Part shown: positions 41,708-51,272 of the stretch, piece by piece
Layout: the number at the start of each line of letters is the position of its first letter
Numbering within the stretch: the stretch's first letter is position 1
Assembly: GCA_965215195.1 (NCBI GenBank)
Contig: CBDCDC010000001.1
Location: 1,056,001-1,120,000 of the forward strand
From: Candidatus Latescibacterota bacterium
GTDB lineage: Bacteria; Latescibacterota; UBA2968; UBA8231
Length of the DNA: 64,000 nt
Direction of reading: 5' to 3'
The notes under the pieces: generated by a model
What the model saw: the letters and a program-made list of their open reading frames with translations, nothing else
Databases searched by the model: none
Told to the model about the DNA's origin: nothing
Translations under genes and position numbers: made by a program

Positions 41708-42556
41708 GTGCCCGAATTCATTAACACTCTGGGAGATTCTATCGCCATGGACATTGACGCTGATGTACCCGAGGGAAATCGCTTCTTGCAGCTCGTTTGG
41801 TCTCTCGAAGATGAATGCCAGGCCCAGACCGATCGTCGGATTTGCGATCTCGGCAAGAAGGCACCGGAGTGTTTGAAGCAACTTGGCACATTGCTCTCTC
41901 TAATGGATCGCATGGCTAGTTGCTGGTGGGTTTGTCGAAAGGGCGATCATCGAATCGAATACCTGTGTGGCCGCGCTACGTCTAATGCCCGAGCGGCACT
42001 GCGACTCGTCCGATTTGGCTTTTACGACGAAGTGCTGGTCTTGAGTAGAGGACTCGGAGAAATCGCGAATCTGATGCAACTCTTCTGTCGCGATGCCGAC
42101 GCACTCGATGAATGGAAGAACGCTTCGCCGGCGAAAATTCGCGGGGATTTTTCGCCGGTGAAGGTACGGCGCCGAATCGAAAATCTCCTTATGTCGCCCG
42201 TCATCGGAAAGGATCGTTACAGGCGTCTGAGTGAACGTGCTGCTCACGTACATCCCGGCACCACGCCGCAAAGCCACAACATCCTTGGCAGGCCCAGTAC
42301 AGGTTCACAACTACAAGATGCGGGAATATTGGTTTGCTTGAACGAACTAGCCCTTCCTTTGTGCATCATTGTGGCTTTCGGAGCCAAGTTGCTTGCCCTC
42401 AACAAAGAGACAGAAAAATACATCTTTTCGTCGGCTCGAACTCTCGCAGAACAGATAGGCGACGCCAGCATTACCAAAATCGACGAATATTACCAGCAAA
42501 CCCTCGAGCATTTAAAATTTATAGAACTAGGACTTACGCAATCTCCATGCGAATAG
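41708..42556 (+). CDS. Hypothetical helical protein (HEPN/DUF5677-like), start uncertain
   Basis: R..GE and YRRLSE.AAHVH motifs; lower GC. Confidence 0.55.
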   Translation: MPEFINTLGDSIAMDIDADVPEGNRFLQLVWSLEDECQAQTDRRICDLGKKAPECLKQLGTLLSLMDRMASCWWVCRKGDHRIEYLCGRATSNARAALRLVRFGFYDEVLVLSRGLGEIANLMQLFCRDADALDEWKNASPAKIRGDFSPVKVRRRIENLLMSPVIGKDRYRRLSERAAHVHPGTTPQSHNILGRPSTGSQLQDAGILVCLNELALPLCIIVAFGAKLLALNKETEKYIFSSARTLAEQIGDASITKIDEYYQQTLEHLKFIELGLTQSPCE

Positions 42557-42623
42557 CAGGCGCTTGACCGAGGTGGAGACCGGAGTGGTCTTATGAAACG
42601 GCTACAAATTTTGCGAACAGGTG

Positions 42624-42755
42624 CTTACTACACGCCACCAGCCCTCAGCCTGCCAAGGATCGAGGGCGTCCCGCCCTCGATCCCGGACCCAGCGGAAACC
42701 GCAGAAAAGGCGTACTCAAAGTAAGGGTCGCCTACTTTAGGGGTCGTGTACTAAG
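42624..42755 (+). mobile_element. MITE copy 3 (132 bp)
   Basis: CTTACTACACG...CGTGTACTAAG; flanks GAACAGGTG / GGACAGGTG. Confidence 0.9.
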
Positions 42756-42815
42756 GGACAGGTGTAAAAACGATGCAAATTTTGCGGGCGTATAGAAAAA
42801 TAGTGCAAATTTTGC

Positions 42816-42830
42816 GGGGGGGGGGGGGGG
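42816..42830 (+). repeat. G15 homopolymer tract
   Basis: 15 consecutive G in the 5' region of the glycosyltransferase-like gene. Confidence 0.9.
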
Positions 42831-42849
42831 AGAACTCTATCCGCCCGTT

Positions 42850-45225
42850 GTGCAACGCGCTGGTTGTCTGTCGGCGGCCTCCTTGGCTTGTCTGCCGTGG
42901 CTGGCGCTCTTGGCCTACTTGGCCGAGGTGTCGTGGTTCCTCTGCGACGACGCTTTCATCAGCTTCCGCTATGCCCGCAACCTGCTGGAAGGCCATGGGC
43001 TGGTCTTCAACCCCGGCGAGCGGGTCGAGGGCTACTCCAACTTTCTGTGGGTGCTGGAACTGGCCGCGCTGTGGGGGCTGCTGGGGATTCCCCCGGAGCA
43101 GGTGGCGCCGTGGCTGTCGGTGGCCTGTACGGCGGGTACCCTCGCCGCGCTGTGGTGGTGGATCGCCTGCCTGCCAGTGCTGCCCCATCGAGGTCTTGTC
43201 GGGTGGATGGCCTTCGGCCTGCTGTGCAGCAGCGCGACCTTTGCGGTGTGGACTTCGGGCGGCGGGCTGGAGACGCGGCAGTTCACCTTCTGCATCGTCT
43301 TGGCGGTGATGTGCTTGAGCCTGTACCGGGACAGCCGTTGGGGTTTGCTGGCGTCGTCGCTGAGCTTGGCGCTGGCCGCGTTGACGCGACCCGAGGGGCC
43401 GCTGATCGCCGCCTGTTGTTTCGGCTGGTTCGCCGTGGAGCGCATGGTCAAAGACCGACGGCTGCGGCTGGACTGGCGGGAGGTGCTGTATCTGGTCGCG
43501 CCGTTTGCGACGCTGGTGGCGGCGCATTTCCTGTTCCGCTACACCTACTACGGCGAGTGGCTGCCCAACACCTATTACGCCAAGCACGTGCGGCCTTGGT
43601 ACGAGTCGGGTTTCCGCTACCTGTGGGCGGCGGCACTGGAGACGGGGCTGTATCTGCTGTTGCCCCTGGCCGCCGTGGCGGCGCGCGAGTGCTGGCGGGC
43701 GCACCGGGACGGGTCGTTCGCACTGCCGCTCCTTCTGATGGGCGTTCACATGGCCTACGTGATGCGGATTGGCGGGGACCATTTCGAGTGCCGGCCGCTG
43801 GACTTCTACTGGCCGCTGCTGGTGCTCCCTGCGGCGGCGGGGATCGTGCATCTCGGCTCGCGTCTGGCCGCCGGGCGTTGGTGCCCCCGTCTTCCCGGGC
43901 TTGGCCGGATGGGCGCACGAGCCTGCGCGGTGGCCGTCTTCGTGCCGGTGCTGTTCTATGCCGGCGCGATCCAGGGCGTGAAACTGTTTGAAGGCGCTGA
44001 GATACGCGAATACATTCCCAAGCTACATAGAGAATTGGATGATGAAAACGCCGGGTGGCTGCTCCATGCGCCCGGGATGCCGATGCTCGTCGCCATCTCC
44101 AACGACCTGCGGCGCTTGGCTGCCCGAGAGTCCGTCGCTTTGCCCTTCACGGAGCACCGCGAATTCGCCAAATCGCGTTTTCGATATTGGAAGCCCTACG
44201 AGAAGGTGGAGCGGGGATTTATTCCCGATGACGCTCTGGCGGCCTACGGCGGGCTTGGCATTCGGTCCTATTACCTTCCGGACCTCAAAGTCATCGACAC
44301 ATTTGGCCTGACCGATGCAACCGTGGCCCGCAACCCGGTCACCCGCGCCAATCATGAACGCCGTATCGCCCATGATCGGCGACCGCCGCCGGGATATCTC
44401 GAAGAGCAGGGCGTCAACATCGCCATATATCCCGCAAAACGCACAGTCTCGGATGCGCTTGCTCGGGCGCGATACGCCGTGCAAGTCGGCCCGGACCTCT
44501 GGATGCCGTTCGGCTCCCCGGACGAGGAGTGGGTTCTCGCCCGTTTTGCCGAACGAGGCCTGCATATGCGAGGCATCCAATACGCCGACCTGTCCTATGA
44601 GAAGGCGGTGCCGGACTTCAACTACCGTTCGGGAGACCTGGGGTTCTCGTGGATGCGCGTTTGGGACCCTTGGGTGCAGGTGTTCGCCAGGAATTGCGCG
44701 CCGGGCGAGCTGCTGGTATGGCCTTGGCCCCGGTCGAACGGAAAGGTGGACGCACTGGCGCTTCATCGCTGGACGATCAACGCGGCAGGGCTGTGCCGGA
44801 CCGCTGTCATGAGATATTCCGGGTGGATCGGGCCGCTCGCTGACGACCCGTCCCGGCTGGAGGAAGCCAAGAGGACGAAGGCGGCCATCCGCTCAGTGTT
44901 CGATGTCTATCTGCTGGGGAAGCACCTGATCTACTTCAAGCAGCCATGCCGTCGGGACGACAAGGACGCACAGTTCTTCCTGCACGTGGTCCCGGCCGAC
45001 GAGCGCGACCTTCCCAGTGGGCGTCGGGAATACGGTTTCGACAATCTGGATTTCCGGATGGAAGAGCCCACGAAGGCCGAAGGGCGGTGCGCGGCGGTGC
45101 GCAGACTGCCGGACTATCCCATCGCCGAGATCCGCACCGGCCAATACCTCAGCAGCGTGGGCCGGCTCTGGGAGGGCACTATCACCGTCGCCGGCCGCGG
45201 CAGCGATGAGCATAGCGGGAACTAA
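42850..45225 (+). CDS. Multi-pass GT-C-like glycosyltransferase with extracellular C-terminal domain; true start probably upstream of the G tract
   Basis: [56 protein letters not shown]. Confidence 0.8.
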   Translation: MQRAGCLSAASLACLPWLALLAYLAEVSWFLCDDAFISFRYARNLLEGHGLVFNPGERVEGYSNFLWVLELAALWGLLGIPPEQVAPWLSVACTAGTLAALWWWIACLPVLPHRGLVGWMAFGLLCSSATFAVWTSGGGLETRQFTFCIVLAVMCLSLYRDSRWGLLASSLSLALAALTRPEGPLIAACCFGWFAVERMVKDRRLRLDWREVLYLVAPFATLVAAHFLFRYTYYGEWLPNTYYAKHVRPWYESGFRYLWAAALETGLYLLLPLAAVAARECWRAHRDGSFALPLLLMGVHMAYVMRIGGDHFECRPLDFYWPLLVLPAAAGIVHLGSRLAAGRWCPRLPGLGRMGARACAVAVFVPVLFYAGAIQGVKLFEGAEIREYIPKLHRELDDENAGWLLHAPGMPMLVAISNDLRRLAARESVALPFTEHREFAKSRFRYWKPYEKVERGFIPDDALAAYGGLGIRSYYLPDLKVIDTFGLTDATVARNPVTRANHERRIAHDRRPPPGYLEEQGVNIAIYPAKRTVSDALARARYAVQVGPDLWMPFGSPDEEWVLARFAERGLHMRGIQYADLSYEKAVPDFNYRSGDLGFSWMRVWDPWVQVFARNCAPGELLVWPWPRSNGKVDALALHRWTINAAGLCRTAVMRYSGWIGPLADDPSRLEEAKRTKAAIRSVFDVYLLGKHLIYFKQPCRRDDKDAQFFLHVVPADERDLPSGRREYGFDNLDFRMEEPTKAEGRCAAVRRLPDYPIAEIRTGQYLSSVGRLWEGTITVAGRGSDEHSGN

Positions 45226-45261
45226 GGCTGGTTTGAAATTCCCGCGTTTTAAGGGGGGTCG

Positions 45262-47340
45262 CTACTCCTCTTCTACTGCTTCTATCTCAAGGGTTTGAAT
45301 ACCTTCGAGCAATAAGTCGACGTCCTCCTGCGTAGAAATGGACTCGGGGGGGGCAAGAGGAAACTCAACTCCGGCCTCTTCGCCTTCGGGTTCAGGCGGC
45401 GGCTCGGGAAGGGGGGGCGCGACAAACGTCAAGCGAGCTTTTAAGAGGACATTCTCGTCGGGTTTATTCAGTCGTGCAAAAACATCGTCGAGCGTTTCCG
45501 CGTCCCCAAAATCGCCAAACAGTGGCTCGAACAACAGCTCATCGCTCCCTAATGCGGCGGCGGACCCCACTTCGAGTTGGTAAAAACCAGGGGGCAGCGT
45601 ATCCGGCACGCTGAGGGCCAGCTCGACTTTCCGATCAATGCGCTGTCCCACGCGCAGCAAAGTGGTAATATCCAGCGTATTGCCAAGACTGACGACCGTG
45701 TCGGCAGTAACCTTCGTTACGATGGCAAAACGAGTCTCAGGGATCAGTTCGACATGCACCGCGGCCTCGCGCATCTGCAAGGTGTAATCGTTCCTCGTCA
45801 TAAGTTCCGAGAGTGCGGATGACACGTCGCCGTAGGCATTGAAAATTGCAGCCAAGAGCCGTCCGCTTGGCGAGGAGTAGAGCCGGGAACGAGCGAGCGT
45901 TGAATCGGAGCCGGCAAAAGAAATATCCGTCGCAACGCGGACGCTGTGCTCCGGGTCGTTGTCGACCCGGTTAGCCAAGGGAAAAAAGAAGGCACTGGAG
46001 ACGAGATCGAGCGCGGTATATGGGTCGATACCGACGGCCATCCTGTGCGTAAGTTCGAGTTCGCTCCCTGATGGAAACGCATAGACGCTCTTTACGGGTA
46101 CTAATGTCGGCTCCTCATCGAGTACGCCGCGCACGGCAGGCAAGCGGTCTTCGGTCAGGGTGCCCCGCACCGTTGGATTCAGGGTCGCAAACTTAAACGG
46201 GGCGGACAAATTGGAAATTTCGCCGAGCACCTTTGTTTCGATTATGGGAAGCTCTACCGGACCAGCACCATTCAGTGGATGCCCAAACCCATATATCCGG
46301 TTGCCATTGACGTAGGATATGGTTCCTAGCGCACCTAGGGTAAGCTCTCCGAGCAGCAACCCAACGGTCAGGGGCCGGCCGGCCTCAAAGCTGTCTTGGC
46401 GCTCTTGGGTCAGGCCAGCGGCACTGGCAGTGCTTAGGAGGGACGACAGCGGATACACGCTGTTGCGGCCCGTGCTCAGCAAAGGAGTATCCAAGGGAGT
46501 AATGCGGTTCCCTTCCCAAGTGGCCGCGCGTTTGGCCGCTGGCACCCTTCCCCGAGTGCCGATGACCCATTCTATCGGCGTGGCAAAAAAGTAGTACGGC
46601 GGGCTGTCTTGGGAACGAAAGCCATAAGCAATGGCCCCCCAGGTGCCCTGCTCCGTGAAAATGGGCGACCCACTCATCCCCTGCGCAATGCCCCCGAGCT
46701 GGATCAAAACGGGATCCGAGGCTTCTACCATGTAAACCGGCATGGGGGCCAAGTAATCATCGACCACTTGGACGAAGGTCATTTCGAGATCGGATAGTTG
46801 GCCGTGGGCAAATTCAGTGCGCAGGAATACGGGCGTCCCCACGGGCATGGAACGAACCTCGTCAACCGAGACAATGGGCGAAAGATCATAGGGCTGTAAT
46901 TCCCCGGTTGGCCGCAAAACCGCTTCTGCCGGAGTCAGTATGGAAGCGACGGCGGCGAGCATGGAATCAGCGGCGGCGAGCATAGAATTAGCGGCGGCGA
47001 GCATGGAATCGGCATCGGCGGCAATGGTCGAATCCGCGTCCGCAGCGACCATTGCATTGGCAGCGGCGACCATGGAATTGGCGGTGGCCAGCATGGAATT
47101 AGCGGCCGCGAGCATGGAGTCGGCATCGGCGGCAATGGTCGAATCCGCGTCCGCCGCGAGCATGGAATTGGCGGCCGTCAGCATAGAATCGGCGGTGGCC
47201 AGCATGGAGTTAGCAGCGGCGAGCATGGAGTCGGCCGTGGCGATCATGGAATCGACGGCCGCAGCCGTTGGAGCCGGATCGTCGTCTCCACAACTCCATA
47301 GACCAACGGCGAGGGCGAGTAGGGCCAAACGAATCGGCAT
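45262..47340 (-). CDS. SpoIVB/peptidase S55-like lipoprotein with Ala-rich repeats
   Basis: Lipobox LWSC; GGIAQGMSGSP, GAIAYG, TPIE, GFGHP. Confidence 0.85.
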   Translation of the reverse strand: MPIRLALLALAVGLWSCGDDDPAPTAAAVDSMIATADSMLAAANSMLATADSMLTAANSMLAADADSTIAADADSMLAAANSMLATANSMVAAANAMVAADADSTIAADADSMLAAANSMLAAADSMLAAVASILTPAEAVLRPTGELQPYDLSPIVSVDEVRSMPVGTPVFLRTEFAHGQLSDLEMTFVQVVDDYLAPMPVYMVEASDPVLIQLGGIAQGMSGSPIFTEQGTWGAIAYGFRSQDSPPYYFFATPIEWVIGTRGRVPAAKRAATWEGNRITPLDTPLLSTGRNSVYPLSSLLSTASAAGLTQERQDSFEAGRPLTVGLLLGELTLGALGTISYVNGNRIYGFGHPLNGAGPVELPIIETKVLGEISNLSAPFKFATLNPTVRGTLTEDRLPAVRGVLDEEPTLVPVKSVYAFPSGSELELTHRMAVGIDPYTALDLVSSAFFFPLANRVDNDPEHSVRVATDISFAGSDSTLARSRLYSSPSGRLLAAIFNAYGDVSSALSELMTRNDYTLQMREAAVHVELIPETRFAIVTKVTADTVVSLGNTLDITTLLRVGQRIDRKVELALSVPDTLPPGFYQLEVGSAAALGSDELLFEPLFGDFGDAETLDDVFARLNKPDENVLLKARLTFVAPPLPEPPPEPEGEEAGVEFPLAPPESISTQEDVDLLLEGIQTLEIEAVEEE
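46935..47256 (-). repeat. About 14 tandem 21/24-bp repeats encoding A(D/N)SMLAA
   Basis: Visible in DNA and protein, with a higher-order 37-aa duplication. Confidence 0.9.
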
Positions 47341-47465
47341 AGTACGTGTTTTCCTTATATGGTTTAGAGTGCGCGGTTCAATCCTGTCCGGCACCATCAA
47401 GGGTGGGGGTAGCGGGTGTGGATTGGAGGGGGAATTGTGAATGGACGCAATCGCAAGCCAGCCTG

Positions 47466-48092
47466 CTACGCGGTCAAGGCGTCCATCAGGGCTTGGGCGA
47501 TTACCAAATGTCCGGCTTGGTTGGGGTGGACCGGTTCTGGACAGAAGGTATCGGCGTCGCGGTACTGGAGCTGCCGCTGGAAGATGTCGTGCAGGCGCAC
47601 TAGGCGGGCGTCAAAGCGCTCGGCCAGCCGCTCCACCACTTCAATGTACCGAGGCAATAGTTCGAGTACTTGGCCGCGGTGGTCGGTGGAAATGTAAAAC
47701 GGAGTGAGCAATACGAGGGGACAGCCCAGTTCGCCTTGGGTAATCTCCAGTAGTTGTTCGTAAACAGCGGCGAAAAGGGCTGGATCGACGCCGTCTTCGG
47801 CCCCGCGCAAATGGCTGTGCAGGTCGTTGATGCCAATCTTGATGGACAGCCGGTCCGGCCGCTGGTAGAGCACGTCGTCCTGCCAGCGGGCGGCTAAGTC
47901 GGTGACGCGATTGCCGCCGATGCCTTTGTTGATGTAGCGGACCCGCCGCTCGGGGAAGCGGGCCGTGGCCAAGTCGGCGAACAGGCGCACGTACCCGTTG
48001 CCCAGCGGGGCCTCGGCCCCGCGCCGACCGCAGTCGGTGATGCTGTCGCCGATGAACAGCAGGGTTTGTCCGTCTTCAATCCAGTGGCTCAT
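47466..48092 (-). CDS. SGNH/GDSL hydrolase
   Basis: FIGDSIT, NKGIGG, IGIND, EPVHPNQAGH. Confidence 0.92.
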   Translation of the reverse strand: MSHWIEDGQTLLFIGDSITDCGRRGAEAPLGNGYVRLFADLATARFPERRVRYINKGIGGNRVTDLAARWQDDVLYQRPDRLSIKIGINDLHSHLRGAEDGVDPALFAAVYEQLLEITQGELGCPLVLLTPFYISTDHRGQVLELLPRYIEVVERLAERFDARLVRLHDIFQRQLQYRDADTFCPEPVHPNQAGHLVIAQALMDALTA

Positions 48093-48120
48093 GGCTATTC
48101 TCTTGGTTGGAGGAGATGCC

Positions 48121-48885
48121 TCAGACGCAGCCGGCGTGTTCCCGTCCCCGCAACAGGGGATAGTCGGGCTTGTCTTGGGGGGCACCCGTCCAGCGCGAGC
48201 GTGCGCTCATGTAGTGGGTGGCCATGCCGCGGCGGCGCGTCGTCGTCTGGTTGGGGCCGGAGCGATGCAGGAGCAGGCTGTGGTGGAAGGAGCAGTCGCC
48301 GGCTTGCAGCAGGATGGGCTGTTCGCGCTGGCGGTCGATGGCGGCGTCGGGAACTTTTTTGTCTTGCCGCAGGCCGACCATCCACACCTCGCTGTGGTCC
48401 ACTAGCCCCTCGCGGTGGCTGCCCGGCACGACCCACAAGCAGCCGTTTTCAAGGGTTACATCGTCTAGGGCGACCCAAGCGGTGGCGAGGGCCAGCGGCT
48501 CAATGTGGAAGTACGCGGAGTCTTGGTGGTAGGTCTTTTCTATGCCGCCCGGCCCCTTGATAAAAACTTGGTCGCCGAAGAGCTTGAGGTCTGGGCCGAG
48601 CAAGTCGGCGGCGGCGGTGAGGAGGGGTTCCCGCATTGCGTGGTCGCGGAAGAACGGATCGCATTGGGACGGGCCGTTGATTTTGCGCAAGTGATCGATG
48701 TGGCGTTGCCGGGGCGCGTTGGGGTCGAACTCGATGTTGGCCTCCGGGAAGGGCAGCGCACCCGAGGCGATTCCCTCGATATGGGTGCGGAGTACGCGCA
48801 CGTCTTCTGCGGAGAGGGCGTTGCGCAAGATGGTGTACCCGTCTTGCTGGTACTGGGCGATTTGCTCGGGACTGAACGCGGGCAT
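48121..48885 (-). CDS. PhyH family dioxygenase
   Basis: YHQDSAY, ENGCLWVVPGSH, LLHRSGPN. Confidence 0.92.
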   Translation of the reverse strand: MPAFSPEQIAQYQQDGYTILRNALSAEDVRVLRTHIEGIASGALPFPEANIEFDPNAPRQRHIDHLRKINGPSQCDPFFRDHAMREPLLTAAADLLGPDLKLFGDQVFIKGPGGIEKTYHQDSAYFHIEPLALATAWVALDDVTLENGCLWVVPGSHREGLVDHSEVWMVGLRQDKKVPDAAIDRQREQPILLQAGDCSFHHSLLLHRSGPNQTTTRRRGMATHYMSARSRWTGAPQDKPDYPLLRGREHAGCV

Positions 48886-48899
48886 GGGTTCCTCCAAAT

Positions 48900-50225
48900 T
48901 TAAGCTATCTCCGCCAGCGCGTTCCCCACAGCTTCGACTAAGCCGTCGATGTGCCCGGCGTCCATGGGCGCAGAAAGCGCGCACATGCCCAACCCTGGGC
49001 CGAGGAAGTACCCCTGCTCGATGAGCGAGAGAAAGAGCGGCTGAATGAGGGTTTGGTCAGCCGCGGCGAGGTCGCGGTAGTTGGCGATGGGGCCGCGGGC
49101 GAAGTGGATGCTGAAGACCGACCCGGTGCAGACCGCTTGGGCGGCGATGGCGCGGGCGGCAAAGAGCGCGTTGAGTTGGTCCTTTAAGCGCGCTCCGAGT
49201 GCGTTTAGATGGGCGATGGTTTGCGGCGTCAGCTCGCTCAGGGTGGCTAGGCCGGCGGCCATGGCCACGGGATGTGCGCTAAAGGTGCCGCTCTGGAAAA
49301 AGCCGGTGGATTGCTGGGAGTTGTCGAACAGGTCCATCAGGTCGGCCCGGCCGCCAAAGGCCCCCACCGGAAAGCCGCCGCCGATGATTTTGCCAAAGCA
49401 ACTCAGGTCCGGGTCGATGCCGTACAGGCCCTGCAACCCGCCGGTGCCCGTGCGGAACCCGACGATTTCGTCGAAGATGAGCAAGACTTTGTGGCGGCGG
49501 GTGATGTCGCGCACGGCGCGGGCAAAATCCGGCTGTACGTCCATGATGCCGGCTTTGGGATCGAAGAGGACGCAGGCGAGTTCGCTGGCGTGCGCGGCCA
49601 CGAGCCGCTCGACGGCCGCTGGGTCGTGATAGGGGAGGATGACGGCCTCGGACGCGGCCGACGGGGACATGCCGCCGGCTGTTGGCAGCGCGACGGGCGC
49701 GTCGGCCGGGCCGGCTTGGTCTAGGGGCGGGGCCACGCTGACTTCCACGGCGTCGTGGCTGCCGTGGTAGCCGCCCTCGAACTTGGCGATCTTGCCGCGC
49801 TTGGTGTAGCCCCGCGCTAGGCGAATCGCGTGCAGCGTGGCCTCGGTGCCGGAGTTGACAAAGCGAATCCGCTCCAGCGCATCCACGCGGCTGCACATTG
49901 CGCGGGCGATTTCGCTCTCAATGCCAGTGGGCGCGCCCAAGGCAATGCCCTTTTGCATCTGCTCGCGCACGGCCGCTTCCACGCGCTCGTGCCCGTGCCC
50001 GAGGACTTGGGCCGTGTGGTGGTTGGCGCAATCGACGTAGCGGTGCCCATCGACATCCCACAGGTAGCAGCCCTTGCCGCGGGCCATGGCGAGCGGATAG
50101 GGCGAGTAGTAATACGCGCCTTTGGCCGCACCGGCCGTGTAGGCGCGGCCTTGGTCAAAAAGGGCGCGGGAGCGCGGGCTGGCGCGGCGATAGCGCGCTT
50201 GGAGGTCGGCAAGGGACGTAGGCAT
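48900..50225 (-). CDS. Class III aminotransferase (GSA aminomutase-like)
   Basis: FVNSGTEA, KFEGGYHG, FDEIV.FR, FGKIIGGGFPVGAFGG, SGTF. Confidence 0.9.
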   Translation of the reverse strand: MPTSLADLQARYRRASPRSRALFDQGRAYTAGAAKGAYYYSPYPLAMARGKGCYLWDVDGHRYVDCANHHTAQVLGHGHERVEAAVREQMQKGIALGAPTGIESEIARAMCSRVDALERIRFVNSGTEATLHAIRLARGYTKRGKIAKFEGGYHGSHDAVEVSVAPPLDQAGPADAPVALPTAGGMSPSAASEAVILPYHDPAAVERLVAAHASELACVLFDPKAGIMDVQPDFARAVRDITRRHKVLLIFDEIVGFRTGTGGLQGLYGIDPDLSCFGKIIGGGFPVGAFGGRADLMDLFDNSQQSTGFFQSGTFSAHPVAMAAGLATLSELTPQTIAHLNALGARLKDQLNALFAARAIAAQAVCTGSVFSIHFARGPIANYRDLAAADQTLIQPLFLSLIEQGYFLGPGLGMCALSAPMDAGHIDGLVEAVGNALAEIA

Positions 50226-50238
50226 AATGATCCTCTCG

Positions 50239-50703
50239 TCAATACAACTGAATCCAATTTTGCTGGTAATTGATGGCTTGCAAAACATCTTTTTCAGGGA
50301 TAGGGGATACATCCTTGTTGATCCTAAAGCAACGAGCCGATCCTGGTACATCGCGCACTATGGTGAACTGTCCGCCATGGAACTGCCACGTAAAACAATG
50401 CCTGTCGTCTGACACTTGATGTCCTTGTATGTTGCCATTTTCGTTTAGCTTCCAAGCGTAATTTGCCGGGATGTATTGCCTTGTCTCGTCTTCAAACAAG
50501 ACAAATTCTTTTGACTGCATATTGCGAATCAACACCAATACGCGCAAATCAGCATGAGTGCATCGACTGGCGTTCAGGCGACTGTTCCAGATGGCTAAGA
50601 CCGCGTCGCCTGTCTTTTGAATATCAGCTCGGGGGTTTGAGATACCAAAGGAATAATCCGGTGAGTTACGACCCGATATGAGACGAACCCTAGACTGATT
50701 GAA
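50239..50703 (-). pseudogene. 3' part of a probable Type II restriction endonuclease
   Basis: Open frame FNQSRVRLISGRNSPDYSFGI...WN.R...LIRN...FTWQFHGGQFT without a start, directly after the truncated MTase; low GC. Confidence 0.6.
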
Positions 50704-51086
50704 CTGGCTTTGAGCACCCGGACGATGTGGAAGAACAAAGTTCCCCGCTCATCGGCAAAACCTGCTCGAGTGCCAATGATACTGAAGGGCTGGCAGGGAA
50801 AACCCGCGCAGAGAAGGTCGTGGTCTGGGACATCCTCTGCCGCGATGCGGGTAATATCGCCTTGCGCTACGATGCCAAAGTTGCTGAAGTAGACCTCACA
50901 GGCCGGCGCATCAATATCGCAGGCAAAGACGCATTGTAGCCCATGTGCTGCCGCCGCAAGATGAAAGCCACCGACACCGCAGAACAGATCGGCAAATGTT
51001 TGCAAACGCCTCGGCGTCTTGCTTGGAAAAAGCAAAGAGGACTGATAAAGAGTTTCTCGTTCGGTTCGCGGGAGGGTATCAACCAT
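50704..51086 (-). pseudogene. 5' half of a DNA cytosine-C5 methyltransferase
   Basis: DLFCGVGG (motif I), GDI, GFPCQPFS (motif IV), RGTLF; ends before ENV (motif VI). Confidence 0.9.
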
Positions 51087-51177
51087 CCAAAACCTCCTTG
51101 TGACTTAGGTCTCTAAACATGTATAGCCTAAAGCACAAGCGCAACCGGCGGGTCCGGGTGCCGCAGGGCGCGAGAGG

Positions 51178-51206
51178 TTGACGCAGCCTCTGTTCGCGCT
51201 CATGCT
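51178..51206 (+). promoter_or_regulatory. Candidate promoter of the amidohydrolase gene
   Basis: TTGACG-N17-CATGCT; the -35 sits in an imperfect palindrome (51168-51199). Confidence 0.5.
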
Positions 51207-51221
51207 GATTTTGACCTAAAA

Positions 51222-51248
51222 TAGGGCGTCCACGAGGGACGCCCCTAC
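51222..51248 (-). repeat. GTAG-type REP hairpin
   Basis: GTAG-GGGCGTCC-CTCGT-GGACGCCC; 12-nt half copy at 18929-18940. Confidence 0.6.
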
Positions 51249-51272
51249 AACCCTTCACCAGCAATCGCCACC

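Noticed and set aside
41565-44871. Diversity-generating retroelement TR/VR pair
   Set aside because: Mismatches include many non-adenine positions, AAC codons are unchanged, and no reverse transcriptase is present in the window.
46935-47256. CRISPR-like array, or a real gene on the plus strand (46940..47440)
   Set aside because: No unique spacers; the plus-strand ORF is the antisense shadow of the coding repeat.
48900-50225. Assignment as hemL
   Set aside because: Similar fold, but the N-terminus is divergent and the context is catabolic; likely a paralog.
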